From Methanobacteriota archaeon (GTDB taxonomy: Archaea > Thermoplasmatota > Thermoplasmata > SG8-5 > JAGLSY01), in NCBI GenBank assembly GCA_020697715.1, contig JAEHCO010000001.1:320001-384000 (forward strand): a stretch of DNA of 64,000 nt, written 5' to 3'. Positions 39,672 through 49,577 of the stretch are shown here, in pieces. Position numbers and translations under genes: made by a program. Each line of letters starts with the position of its first letter. Positions within the stretch are counted from its first letter, which is position 1. The notes under the pieces were generated by a model. It was given only the letters and a program-made list of their open reading frames with translations. It was not told the DNA's origin and made no database searches.

Positions 39672-42086
39672 ATGGTTTTTTCTGATGAGTTTCAAAATTT
39701 GTTTATCGAACATCTTGACAAAGCAAAAGCCAGTGAACCAAAAGTTATTCTTATTGAAAAAGAACCAGGCGCATCAATAATGCCTGTGATGAATGCCATG
39801 GACACCGCGGATATGGCCGGTGCAATTGTATGGAGTGCTTATTGTGGGGATAGAAGCCAGTCTCCCTTTGAACAATTACTTCCAGAGAATAAGAAGAAGG
39901 TCCTGAACATTGAAAAACCACCTCGAATTGAATTGGCATTACTGGCTGATGAAAGCGGAATGAACCTGGGAACTGTGAGCAGGGACAATAGCTCCCTGGA
40001 TCCAGATATAATAAGCGGAATGATGGCCGCAGTTCGGAATTTTGTCAAGGATTCCTTGTCAATGCATGCTGGCAAGGAATTTTCAGAACGGGGTGTTGAG
40101 AGGTTCGAAATGCAGGGATACAAAATACTCGTATGCTCAGGTAATTTGCTTAATCTTACTTTGATCTTATCGGGCTCCATCCCTGACCAGCTTATTTCAG
40201 AGATGAGGAGGGTTCTTGCTCGGATTGAAAGTGCGAATCAAGATATACTAGCAAAATGGAATGGCTCTGCCAGCGACATCGAAGGCATCGAGGCCCCAGT
40301 ATTTCACAGCTTCTTCGCATCAAAGCAATATGAGGGGGAATGGGACTTCCAGCAAATGAATCAGCACAGATCAAAAATGTATGATGATGTTCTGAACATA
40401 GTGGAAAAACAATCCAGAGATGGAACTATTGCATTCTTTGTCGAGGATATGGATAAGGCAGATATCACTTCATTACAGCTTCTTTCATATATCCTCAGAA
40501 ACCTTGAATCTTCCAAGGTCCTTTTCCTGGGAACTCATGGAGTTCTCGATTGTATGGATGGAAATATGAAAGAAATAATAAATTCGATCGGGGCTCTGGA
40601 ACATTCAATATCAATGAGGCAGGAATCAGAGATCAATCTAAGCCAGATGATTGGAAAAATATCTCATAATAATAGGAGAGCGGTGAACACTGTTCTTCGT
40701 CACGGAGCCATATTGGGAACAATGGATCCAGGCACACTTCAAGATTCCACTGGGCTTGATAGATCCGTGGTTTCAAATGCTCTGGAAGAAATGATGACAT
40801 CTGGTTTTATTTCCGGTTCTGGCCAGCATCTACCTCCATCAATTGGAGAAAGCATTCTCAATGAAATGGAAAAGAGCGAAAGAACAAAGATAACAGAATC
40901 CGGGGCACTAGCTTTAGAGGCAAATCACCCTGATGAAACAGTGGTATTGGCCGATCTCTTCTGTTGGCTTGCTGAGCAGAATCCCGAGTACAGGGACAAA
41001 GCAGTGAAATACGCATCTTCCTGCGCCGAGATATATATTAATAATTTCAACAAGGAAGGGGCCATTCGAATGTGGTTGGCTGCCTATGAATTTTCCCATG
41101 ATATTGACGATAAATGCCTCTTTCTTTGGAAAGCAATAGAATTGGAAGATAATTATCAAGAAAAAGAGTTAGAAGAACATTTAAAAGAACTACTGAACCT
41201 ATCAGAGGCCAGTAAATCTGAAAAATATCGCGGGCGGGCGTATTGGGGACTGGGACAGGTTATAGAAAAAACAGGAGATTTTGATACAGCAATATCATAT
41301 TTGGAAATTGCTGAAGAGGCCCTAAGTTCTGTCGAAGATTATGACACGGTTGGACTTGTTCTTAATACGAAAGGAGCTTTCTTCTTATGGAGAGGAAAGA
41401 ACGAAGAGGCATTGAACCTTTTCCAGAAATCAATAGAGTTTTGTAATTTACATAATGATCTAAATCTGAAAGCCACATTAATGGTCAATATGGCCTATAT
41501 TCAGATGTCCCAGGGTGATCTACAAGGCTCTGATGAGACACTGAAAGAAGCATATGATATTGCCAATAATACTGGAATCATGTGGCGCCTGCCAGATATA
41601 TTATGGCATATGGCCATGCTCGCCTACCATCAGGAAGAGTATGAAAAAGGGATCGAACACTGTAAAGAGGCATTGGACATCACCTACAAATCTGGGCAAT
41701 GGTCCCAGACCATAAACACCCTGAGCGTGCTTTCGGTCATGTACCTTAAGCTTGACCAGGAAAACCTGTCCCATGAAAAGAATTTGGAGGCCTATAGAAT
41801 GGCCAAAAGAACCGGCAAGGGAGATCTGCTTGCATTGACCCATAATATTTTTTGTTATCATTCCAGAGCTCGTTCAACCTGGCTCATAAAGAATATGGAC
41901 GTTTTAAAGGGCCCACGCACCCATGCTGAAACCTTGAAGGCGGTTAAAGAAGATCTTGCAGATATTTTCATAAATGAGATCAAAACCATGTCCGACGTGA
42001 TAGATAGCTCCATGTCGGATGAGAACAAGCAAAAGCTGGCACAAGAAATGAAAGATATGCTTGAACTGCTAGAGTCAGACAATTGA
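39672..42086 (+). CDS. degenerate STAND-like ATPase with inserted longin/roadblock-like domain and TPR repeats
   Basis: Degenerate Walker A IEKEPGASIM, Walker B-like FVEDMDKAD, DPDIISGMMAAVRNFVKDS domain, C-terminal TPRs. Confidence 0.65.
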   Translation: MVFSDEFQNLFIEHLDKAKASEPKVILIEKEPGASIMPVMNAMDTADMAGAIVWSAYCGDRSQSPFEQLLPENKKKVLNIEKPPRIELALLADESGMNLGTVSRDNSSLDPDIISGMMAAVRNFVKDSLSMHAGKEFSERGVERFEMQGYKILVCSGNLLNLTLILSGSIPDQLISEMRRVLARIESANQDILAKWNGSASDIEGIEAPVFHSFFASKQYEGEWDFQQMNQHRSKMYDDVLNIVEKQSRDGTIAFFVEDMDKADITSLQLLSYILRNLESSKVLFLGTHGVLDCMDGNMKEIINSIGALEHSISMRQESEINLSQMIGKISHNNRRAVNTVLRHGAILGTMDPGTLQDSTGLDRSVVSNALEEMMTSGFISGSGQHLPPSIGESILNEMEKSERTKITESGALALEANHPDETVVLADLFCWLAEQNPEYRDKAVKYASSCAEIYINNFNKEGAIRMWLAAYEFSHDIDDKCLFLWKAIELEDNYQEKELEEHLKELLNLSEASKSEKYRGRAYWGLGQVIEKTGDFDTAISYLEIAEEALSSVEDYDTVGLVLNTKGAFFLWRGKNEEALNLFQKSIEFCNLHNDLNLKATLMVNMAYIQMSQGDLQGSDETLKEAYDIANNTGIMWRLPDILWHMAMLAYHQEEYEKGIEHCKEALDITYKSGQWSQTINTLSVLSVMYLKLDQENLSHEKNLEAYRMAKRTGKGDLLALTHNIFCYHSRARSTWLIKNMDVLKGPRTHAETLKAVKEDLADIFINEIKTMSDVIDSSMSDENKQKLAQEMKDMLELLESDN

Positions 42087-42122
42087 TCTTTTTTACTCAA
42101 GCCAATTTCTGAAAAATAAAAT

Positions 42123-43481
42123 TCAAGCTAAATCTTGAATTATCTTTTTCAGCAAAACTTTGAATTCATCCAATTTATCTTGTGCCATCTGTGGGTTCGC
42201 AGCCTCCGCGGTGACTCTGAAAATAGGCTCGGTACCTGATGGTCTAAGTAAAACCCACCAGTCATCCCCTTCTATTTTGACACCGTCAATGTCTATGACC
42301 TCGAAGTCCGTCATGGCCTTTTTGACATTATCCAGCACCTGATGTTTCAGCTTCTCATTACATTTGAATTTTGATCGTATTATAGTATAATCTGGAAGGT
42401 CACTCACCATTTCAGAAAGCTTGCGATCGCCAGTGGCCAGTATCTCCACCATCTTGGCCGCCGTCATGATGCCATCTCTGCAAAGCATGTTCTCAGGGAA
42501 TATCACTCCACCATTCCCTTCTCCTCCGACCCTGGCTCCAATTCCCTTCATTCTACGGGCGATGATAGGAGATCCTATTGGGGTGAGCTCTACTTCTCCT
42601 CCATTATCAATGATCGAATCCGTGACCTTTCTGGAGGTGTTGACAGGCACGACGACCTTTCCTTTTTCCGCATCCAGGCTGTCAATGGCGAACAAGGCCA
42701 AGCTCTCATCTCCATTTATGTAATTACCTTTCTCATCCACGAAAGTTGCTCGATCCGCATCTCCATCATGAGCAATACCAAGATCAGCTCCCAAGTTCGC
42801 AACCGTATCCATCAGACCACTCAGATTCTTCTCCAATGGTTCTGGTAATCTTCCTGGGAACATTCCATCTGGCTGTGCATTTATCGTGTGAACCTCACAC
42901 CCCATATCTCGGAGTATGTTGGGCGTGAACTTGCCTGCTGGCCCATTAGAGCAATCGATAACCACTTTCAATTTCTTCCACCCAGAGTTTGGAACGATGA
43001 GTGATGAGATACGATCCATATGGGCGAAACTGACCTCGTCATTGACCTTGAATTTGCCAACTTCATCCCATCCCGCATATTGAAAATTCTTGGAGAAATA
43101 AACATCCTCTATCTTTTCTTCATTATCTCTGGCCATCTCCGTGCCATCATTGTCAATACATTTGAGTCCATTGAATTCCGGTGGATTGTGGGAGGCTGTG
43201 ATCATCACACCCCCTGCGACATCAAGCATCTTGACCCCGAATTGAACTGTAGGTGTGGGAACCACTCCGATATCGATGATGTCACAACCTGCTGACATTA
43301 TTCCTGAAGCCACAGCGGCTGATATGACTGGCCCGGTTATTCGAGTATCCCGACCCATGCACACGGTATTACCTTTTCCAAAATAAGTGCCAATAGCTAA
43401 CCCAAGTTCCACTGAGAAGTTGTGATCTTGCTTTTTATCAGGACGCCACCTGATCCCATTTGTTCCAAATAAACGAGTCAT
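42123..43481 (-). CDS. second phosphohexomutase (GlmM/PMM-PGM family)
   Basis: LFGTNGIR, TASHNP, DGDADR, GGEGNG, RPSGTEP. Confidence 0.92.
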   Translation of the reverse strand: MTRLFGTNGIRWRPDKKQDHNFSVELGLAIGTYFGKGNTVCMGRDTRITGPVISAAVASGIMSAGCDIIDIGVVPTPTVQFGVKMLDVAGGVMITASHNPPEFNGLKCIDNDGTEMARDNEEKIEDVYFSKNFQYAGWDEVGKFKVNDEVSFAHMDRISSLIVPNSGWKKLKVVIDCSNGPAGKFTPNILRDMGCEVHTINAQPDGMFPGRLPEPLEKNLSGLMDTVANLGADLGIAHDGDADRATFVDEKGNYINGDESLALFAIDSLDAEKGKVVVPVNTSRKVTDSIIDNGGEVELTPIGSPIIARRMKGIGARVGGEGNGGVIFPENMLCRDGIMTAAKMVEILATGDRKLSEMVSDLPDYTIIRSKFKCNEKLKHQVLDNVKKAMTDFEVIDIDGVKIEGDDWWVLLRPSGTEPIFRVTAEAANPQMAQDKLDEFKVLLKKIIQDLA

Positions 43482-43513
43482 CGCTCACCAGCTAACTCAA
43501 ACGCTGGTTATTA

Positions 43514-43735
43514 TTATTTTGGTGAAATCGAGACTATGTTATTGCCCCTGAGGATGACCATGCCAATTCTTTTTAAATTGTCATTATGGGTCTCTTCTGT
43601 ATCCTCTAGGACCATGTTCATATATTCATCATAGCCTGTCAGCTTTCCTTCGAGCATTCTGCCGTCCTTTAGTAAAAGGGTTACTTTTCTCATTACGGAT
43701 TTTTCAAGTACATGCAATGGCATAGCCAATGGCAT
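43514..43735 (-). CDS. Sm-like archaeal protein (SmAP/Lsm)
   Basis: GKLTGYDEYMNMVL (Sm1 motif), ILRGNNIV (Sm2 motif). Confidence 0.95.
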   Translation of the reverse strand: MPLAMPLHVLEKSVMRKVTLLLKDGRMLEGKLTGYDEYMNMVLEDTEETHNDNLKRIGMVILRGNNIVSISPK

Positions 43736-43819
43736 TCCTCCCCAGATCTATATTTTTATAATACCTAATCGCCCTCAATGGATTTAAAGCTTTTGTAAAT
43801 GGTCTGGCCCGACAGTTAC

Positions 43820-44185
43820 TTAGCTCATCAATTTAATGATGGCCTCAGCCGGCTCTCCATCACATTCTACCAGTGCTTCCTTCGCTTTCTCATATGAGAC
43901 ATTGGCCTGCATCGCGACCAGTTCAATGTCCTCTTCAGGGATGACCAGACCAACCGGCTCACTGGAAACCTCTCCATGGACTATCTCCGGGTCGCCAACT
44001 ATCTGAAAGGTCTTCTGCCCCTGAACTTCCATCATGGTCACCTCTGGTTTGGTGATGACGTAGCTCTTGTCCTGGGTCTTGATAATGACCTCTTCGACAT
44101 CTCTCATCTCCTCGGATTTGATCCCGAGTCTTTTCATCGCTTGCTGCATCTGGCGCGGGTTCATCCCTTTCATTCCAGGCATCAT
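43820..44185 (-). CDS. nac: nascent polypeptide-associated complex protein
   Basis: MNPRQM...VEEVII...FQIVG and C-terminal UBA domain (EDIELV...AEAII). Confidence 0.95.
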   Translation of the reverse strand: MMPGMKGMNPRQMQQAMKRLGIKSEEMRDVEEVIIKTQDKSYVITKPEVTMMEVQGQKTFQIVGDPEIVHGEVSSEPVGLVIPEEDIELVAMQANVSYEKAKEALVECDGEPAEAIIKLMS

Positions 44186-44190
44186 CTAAT

Positions 44191-44244
44191 CTCTCCATTG
44201 ACATTACGAGCTTTTGAAAGCAATCGCTCTGCTCTCGCTTTCAA
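44191..44244 (-). repeat. dispersed structured element, copy 2 (hairpin plus SD upstream of nac)
   Basis: Near-identical to 12554..12606; stem ttgaaagc/gctttcaa. Confidence 0.85.
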
Positions 44245-44396
44245 TATCACATCCCATAATAGTGGATTTTGATATTAATAGTTAATGAGAACATTTTCTC
44301 AAAGATATCATCATATCTCCATCAATTACCCTACATCTACGTTACATGCACATATGCTCCTTTATATCTCGAAGAAAAAATCAGGAGGCCGATAAT

Positions 44397-44900
44397 ATGT
44401 CAAACGAACTCATACACGGAATGGCGGCCAGTGCGGCCCAATGCGCCCTGAACATCACATTAGGAGAAACAATGCTGGATGCAAATGTCTTCCTGGCAGC
44501 TGTAATAGCCATGCTGATAAACCTGGACAGGTTCGGCAGTATGTCCATATCCTGGAACAATAGCGGCAGTAATGCGGAAAAGCGAAGCCCCATCGGACAT
44601 TCAATAGGTCTTGCGATCATCTGGATATATGTCGGATACGTGATCCTCAGATCCCTGGATGCATACCTGGGTATAGCTTATGATCCTGCCACCTTCGCCG
44701 CCATCATACTGGCCTACACGACCCATCTGGCTCTCGATCACATGGATGGAGGTATATACCATCTGCCAAGGTCGATGGATATTCCAAGCTGGCTCAGGCC
44801 GATAATACCAGGCAGGGATAGATACTGGCCTGCCTGGAATGATCGATCCTCCAAACATAGAAACCTATATACCACCAAGCCTCAATCATCTAGCCAATGA
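44397..44900 (+). CDS. membrane-bound metal-dependent hydrolase-like protein (YdjM-like)
   Basis: N-terminal His, LD, GHS and THLALD motifs; TM segments. Confidence 0.55.
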   Translation: MSNELIHGMAASAAQCALNITLGETMLDANVFLAAVIAMLINLDRFGSMSISWNNSGSNAEKRSPIGHSIGLAIIWIYVGYVILRSLDAYLGIAYDPATFAAIILAYTTHLALDHMDGGIYHLPRSMDIPSWLRPIIPGRDRYWPAWNDRSSKHRNLYTTKPQSSSQ

Positions 44901-46537
44901 GTGGCAAAGAACACACACCGTCCAAATACCGGGCGATCATCCAGGAATCCAAATCGGGCAGGGGTAAGCCAATTGAGAAGCTCGTGGAGGATGCGAGATC
45001 CATCCCCGATCCATATTATCAAGCTCTGGCTCTTTTCGGCCTATCTGCTGACAGAAGGACATCGGAAGCCCTGGCCAAGACCCTGATAAAGGACAGCATC
45101 CAACTCTCGGACAAAGAGGCAAGGGCATGGAGGAAGGCGGAACTTCTTACCACGATGTGCAAGAAAGCCAAAAATAATCCAGCCAGTATGCATGATCTAA
45201 TCCGCAATGAGGTCATGGAAAAGATCTGGAATTTCCCCAAGGGCAAAGGCCAGTCCGACGCAGTCATAGGATGCGCCGGTTTCCTCGGCTGCCCATACAT
45301 GCACGGTCTTCTGAAGTTGGCTGCCAAGAATTCGGGATTCGAGATGGAAACATGCAAGCCACTTCTCCGTCAATGGGCAAAGGACTGCCCATCTTTCCCA
45401 AATACTTCTCTGGAAGACATGGTGAAGATTCTGGCAAGCATGCCAGCCAGTCTTATGAAAGTGAAGCTTCACGGTTACCTGCACGTCCAGATCACGAGAT
45501 CCGGTAATGATGATCTGGTAGTTCTGGAAAACGCCCTATCCCATGCCATGAAATTATCCGATGATGAGAGGATCCAGTCTATCAAATATCTGGCTGACCA
45601 GTCATCCAAACTGGAGGAATTGGAACTTATAGCCACGGCGATCACCGAACTCGGAGAGCCTGTGAACGAGGCCAGCCTCTTCAGCACACTGGCCGCGAAT
45701 GCTGATAAATCCGGGCACAAGGATCTCGCTCTGGACTGGTTCACCACCGGCCTCGATATCTTGGAGGAAGTGGATGATAAAGAAAAGCGCGCACTGGCCA
45801 GGATCAAACTGGCCACCGGCCTCAGGCGACTCGGCAACCAGGAATTGGCAGACAAGACCCTGGAGAAAGCACTGGAGGATGCAGAGGGCGATGAGAAGAT
45901 AACTGCCAAGGTGCGGAAGGCCATTGGCACACCTTCAAAAGATCAAGATCCTGTCCATCAGGAAACTCACATATCCGAAAATACCAGCCAGGATGTCAAG
46001 CGACACACCCTGGGTTTATACGACACCTACGAGGGTGGCCTGAAACCCGTGCACATCCGAATGGTCGCGCGTGCCGCTCCTCTCTGCGTCGCTTACGATC
46101 TCGATCTCGCACTTTTCGGCTTCCCGGAAAAAGACCTGCCCAGGCTGATAAAAAAAGTTCTCAATGACACGAATATCGGCAAGGGGGGGAAGTATCTCAA
46201 AGACCTCCAGAAACAAGGCCGTATATCTCTGATAAAATGTTCACAACAGGTACCACCCAGTGAGGATGATTGGAAGGATATCGGCCTTCCAATTGCCACC
46301 ACTTCCAGACCCGCGAACAATAAGGACACTTGCCTTGAAACCGCCCTGGAGAAAGCGATAGCCAGCCATCCGAAAAAGCACCTGTGCATGATAATGGGGC
46401 TTGGCAAAAAAGGCCTGCCACAGTCGCTTTTGAACAGCGTGGACCATCATATGGAATTGACAGGCCACAACATCGCGTTGGAGACAGCGACCGCGATGGG
46501 GATCATTGCCCAGATGTTGGGTAGTCTGGGTGTTTGA
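44897..46537 (+). CDS. DUF531 (SPOUT-like) domain protein with long N-terminal helical-repeat region
   Basis: TLGLYDTY...ARAAPLC...LALFGFP, ATTSRP, GLGKKGLP, LETATAMG. Confidence 0.8.
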   Translation: MSGKEHTPSKYRAIIQESKSGRGKPIEKLVEDARSIPDPYYQALALFGLSADRRTSEALAKTLIKDSIQLSDKEARAWRKAELLTTMCKKAKNNPASMHDLIRNEVMEKIWNFPKGKGQSDAVIGCAGFLGCPYMHGLLKLAAKNSGFEMETCKPLLRQWAKDCPSFPNTSLEDMVKILASMPASLMKVKLHGYLHVQITRSGNDDLVVLENALSHAMKLSDDERIQSIKYLADQSSKLEELELIATAITELGEPVNEASLFSTLAANADKSGHKDLALDWFTTGLDILEEVDDKEKRALARIKLATGLRRLGNQELADKTLEKALEDAEGDEKITAKVRKAIGTPSKDQDPVHQETHISENTSQDVKRHTLGLYDTYEGGLKPVHIRMVARAAPLCVAYDLDLALFGFPEKDLPRLIKKVLNDTNIGKGGKYLKDLQKQGRISLIKCSQQVPPSEDDWKDIGLPIATTSRPANNKDTCLETALEKAIASHPKKHLCMIMGLGKKGLPQSLLNSVDHHMELTGHNIALETATAMGIIAQMLGSLGV

Positions 46538-46668
46538 GAAAAGAATGGATATGATAGCATAATATTTTTCCACCTAACTCCACCCCCAACATGAATTTTT
46601 ATTGAATGCCTCCACCCAAGTTTTCCCTACAAAAGATTTTTCTAACCTCGCCACATACACTCGAGCAT

Positions 46669-48417
46669 ATGAGCAAGATACTTGGTTTTTCAGATATCAA
46701 AGCCACCCGGGAATCCGTGACCGGATGCAGTGGTGCGATGATATCCTCCTTCGCAAGGGAGGATTTTCGAATAGCCAGGGGTTTCATCATACCCCGGGAT
46801 TCAATTAGCGACATGCTCTTGTCCGAGGATGCTCGAAATGCCGTGGACCAGTATGTTCGATCCTGCTCGAACACTCAACAGAATGATGCAGGAGCGAAGG
46901 AGTATCTTTCCAATATCGTCTTAAAGTCCAGGCTGGATTGGTCGGTGGAGATGGACGCCATCACTCGCTTCCGGGATCTGGACGGCCTGGTGAGTGTCAA
47001 GATTTCCACACCCTCTGGAAGGCGCATGGCTCCTGTTTTTGCATATTCCGAATCCAGTTTTATCAGCGGGATCGCCAGGTCGATCGAGGAATGGCTGATG
47101 TCCTGCCCGCCCCATGATATTGAGAAAGAGGTACCTGCTCTTATTATTCAGGAAGTGGTCGATGCCGAGACGAGCATCGAGATAAAGAGGAAAAAGGACG
47201 GCTTCATGATAAGAGGGGTCTTCGGTCTGCCAGAAGGTCTTTTCGACCCTGCTATTTCGAGCGATCATCATCATTTCGATAATAATTTAGAGCTGGTAAG
47301 GTCTGAGGAAAAGAAACAAAGATTCCAGCATATTTCCGGTATCGATGGCATCCAGCGCGTGGATGTCCAGGAAGATTTTAGAGCAGAACCCAAGGTGTCC
47401 AAAGAGCAGCTGGACGGCCTCATTGGCATAATGAGCTACATGCTGGAAAAACCCTCTGTTGGCGAGGTGATCCTTGCCACTATCGATGATACTCCGATAA
47501 TCATAGACATCAGGTGGGAAAGGGATGGTCCTCGACCGCCTCTTTCCCAGCCCAGGGACAAGAGCCACATCATCATTCCAGATAATATTCCCAATGGTAT
47601 CACGCCGGGAGATGTGTCTTCCGGCAATATCCAGATACCGGAAGAAGTGGATCCCTTGCAGTTGCAACAGGCCATTGACAAGGTGGGCGCCAATAAACCC
47701 CGACCAAGAAGGCCAAGAACGAGACTTTTTGTAAAAGCACATGGCCTGGATGAGATCGAATCTCTGGATACCACCAATGTCGAAGGCATCCTCTTGCTCG
47801 GCAATTGGCCTGGACCAGAAGGTATCGAACACACAATTGATGAATTGGTTCGCCAATATCCTTCGACAGAGATAGTTCTCCAGCTGCTGGATGACAATAT
47901 ATGGATAAAAGAGTGCATGAAGGCGTTGATCAAACGCGGATCTGGAGGATCCCGATTCAGTATCATGCTCCCATCCACCAGGACATTGAAGGACCATGCG
48001 AGGCTCATCAGCTTCCTGGAGGACATCATGCCAGCATCATCCTTCCGACCCCCGATATGGGCCAGTTTGGTCTATCCAAGTAATTTATTCTTCGTAAAGG
48101 AAATGACAAGGGATGTGGATGTCATATCCGCGGATCTGGAATCATTGGCCATGCATTTGACCGGCAGGGGCACGGGCCTCGGGCAGAGATATGACGATCA
48201 TGCCATGAAGGAAGCGATGTCCCATTTCATCGATCATGTCAGGTCCAGCAATAAGAAATTGGCCATCCACACTCCAGGCTTTGCCGGAAATCCCGCACTT
48301 CTGGAATCCCTCATCAGACAGGAAATTGACATCATGTGCATCTCCCGAAAGGAATTGGAGCTGGTGAACCAGATCGCGCGATCATTGGAGGAAAAAGTGA
48401 TCGCGGAGAAAGGATGA
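46669..48417 (+). CDS. degenerate PEP synthase-like protein lacking the phosphohistidine domain
   Basis: Remnants RGFII, IIQEVV, FGLPEG, IMLP, VYPS, IDIMCIS occur in PpsA order; no TSH motif; directly upstream of mfnA. Confidence 0.65.
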   Translation: MSKILGFSDIKATRESVTGCSGAMISSFAREDFRIARGFIIPRDSISDMLLSEDARNAVDQYVRSCSNTQQNDAGAKEYLSNIVLKSRLDWSVEMDAITRFRDLDGLVSVKISTPSGRRMAPVFAYSESSFISGIARSIEEWLMSCPPHDIEKEVPALIIQEVVDAETSIEIKRKKDGFMIRGVFGLPEGLFDPAISSDHHHFDNNLELVRSEEKKQRFQHISGIDGIQRVDVQEDFRAEPKVSKEQLDGLIGIMSYMLEKPSVGEVILATIDDTPIIIDIRWERDGPRPPLSQPRDKSHIIIPDNIPNGITPGDVSSGNIQIPEEVDPLQLQQAIDKVGANKPRPRRPRTRLFVKAHGLDEIESLDTTNVEGILLLGNWPGPEGIEHTIDELVRQYPSTEIVLQLLDDNIWIKECMKALIKRGSGGSRFSIMLPSTRTLKDHARLISFLEDIMPASSFRPPIWASLVYPSNLFFVKEMTRDVDVISADLESLAMHLTGRGTGLGQRYDDHAMKEAMSHFIDHVRSSNKKLAIHTPGFAGNPALLESLIRQEIDIMCISRKELELVNQIARSLEEKVIAEKG

Positions 48418-49577
48418 TACAGGATAGGTGTAGGTGTTTGTGGGAAACTGGATCGTCTGAGGAAGTGGTGATGGCCGAATTGGATAAGGCCAGATCAAAG
48501 GATATGCATTTTTCCGATGGCCGGGTGATCAATTCCATGTGCACCGCCCCCCCACCTTTATCACTGAAAGCCCACATGGATTTTATTGAAAGTAATCTTG
48601 GAAATTCCGGTCTGTATCCGGGAACGAGCCAACTGGAGACCCAGGTCATCGACCAGCTAGGCCAGCTAATGAATGGTCATAACATATCCGGCCACATCGT
48701 GAATGGAGGCACGGAATCCAATATCATGGCCCTCTGGATCGCGCGGAATACCACTGGGAAGAAAGAAGTGGTCTTCCCCAAGAGCGCGCATTTTTCCTTT
48801 GCCAAGGCCTGTGATCTGCTTGGCATGAAGCCCATCAGCGTCCCACTTAGCGACGATCTCACCATCGACATTGCCAAGGCCAGGCAGGCGATAAACAATA
48901 AAACGGCCATCGTTATCGGGATGGCCGGGACCACGGAACTCGGACTCATAGACCCGCTCAGGGAACTAGGAGAGATGATCCCTGAAGGAACCTTCTTCCA
49001 TGTGGACGCGGCCTTCGGAGGTTTCGTCATACCTTTTTTGAAGGATCTGGGTCATGAAATGCCAGACTTTGATTTTAAGATACCAGAAGTAACGTCGATC
49101 ACCATCGATCCGCACAAGATGGGGATGTCCACCATGCCTTCCGGGGCTTTCCTGACAAGACAGATTGAGAATTCAGATAATATCGCGACCAGGGCTCCAT
49201 ATCTCACCTTGCTGAAGCAAACGACCCTTTCTGGAACCAGATGTAGTGCGGCAGTGGCATCCACCTACGCGGCCATGCGAAATCTTGGCCGAGCCGGATA
49301 CCGCCAGATAGTCAAGGAATGCATGGATACCACCTACCACGCGGCCGCCTGTACCCGCAATTTGGGTCTTGAACTGGTCAAGGAGCCAGTTATGAATGTT
49401 CTTGGTATCCGTCTACCAGATGGCAAGGAACCGGAGCATGTCCAGGCACTATTGAAGAAAAGAGGCTGGATGGTGTCCAGGGCTGAAGCCCCCAAATGCC
49501 TCAGACTGGTCCTGATGCCACATGTCGAAAAACGACATGTGGATCAACTATTCAAGGAGCTGGAGGCCGTGATCTGA
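48414..49577 (+). CDS. mfnA: PLP-dependent L-tyrosine/L-aspartate decarboxylase
   Basis: SMCT, NLGNxGL, GGTESN, AHFS, GTTELG, HVDAAFGG, DPHKMG; start may instead be TTG 48438. Confidence 0.92.
   Translation: MIQDRCRCLWETGSSEEVVMAELDKARSKDMHFSDGRVINSMCTAPPPLSLKAHMDFIESNLGNSGLYPGTSQLETQVIDQLGQLMNGHNISGHIVNGGTESNIMALWIARNTTGKKEVVFPKSAHFSFAKACDLLGMKPISVPLSDDLTIDIAKARQAINNKTAIVIGMAGTTELGLIDPLRELGEMIPEGTFFHVDAAFGGFVIPFLKDLGHEMPDFDFKIPEVTSITIDPHKMGMSTMPSGAFLTRQIENSDNIATRAPYLTLLKQTTLSGTRCSAAVASTYAAMRNLGRAGYRQIVKECMDTTYHAAACTRNLGLELVKEPVMNVLGIRLPDGKEPEHVQALLKKRGWMVSRAEAPKCLRLVLMPHVEKRHVDQLFKELEAVI

Noticed and set aside
48414-49577. mfnA as evidence of methanogenesis
   Set aside because: MfnA also supplies beta-alanine for CoA in non-methanogens; no methanogenesis genes in the window
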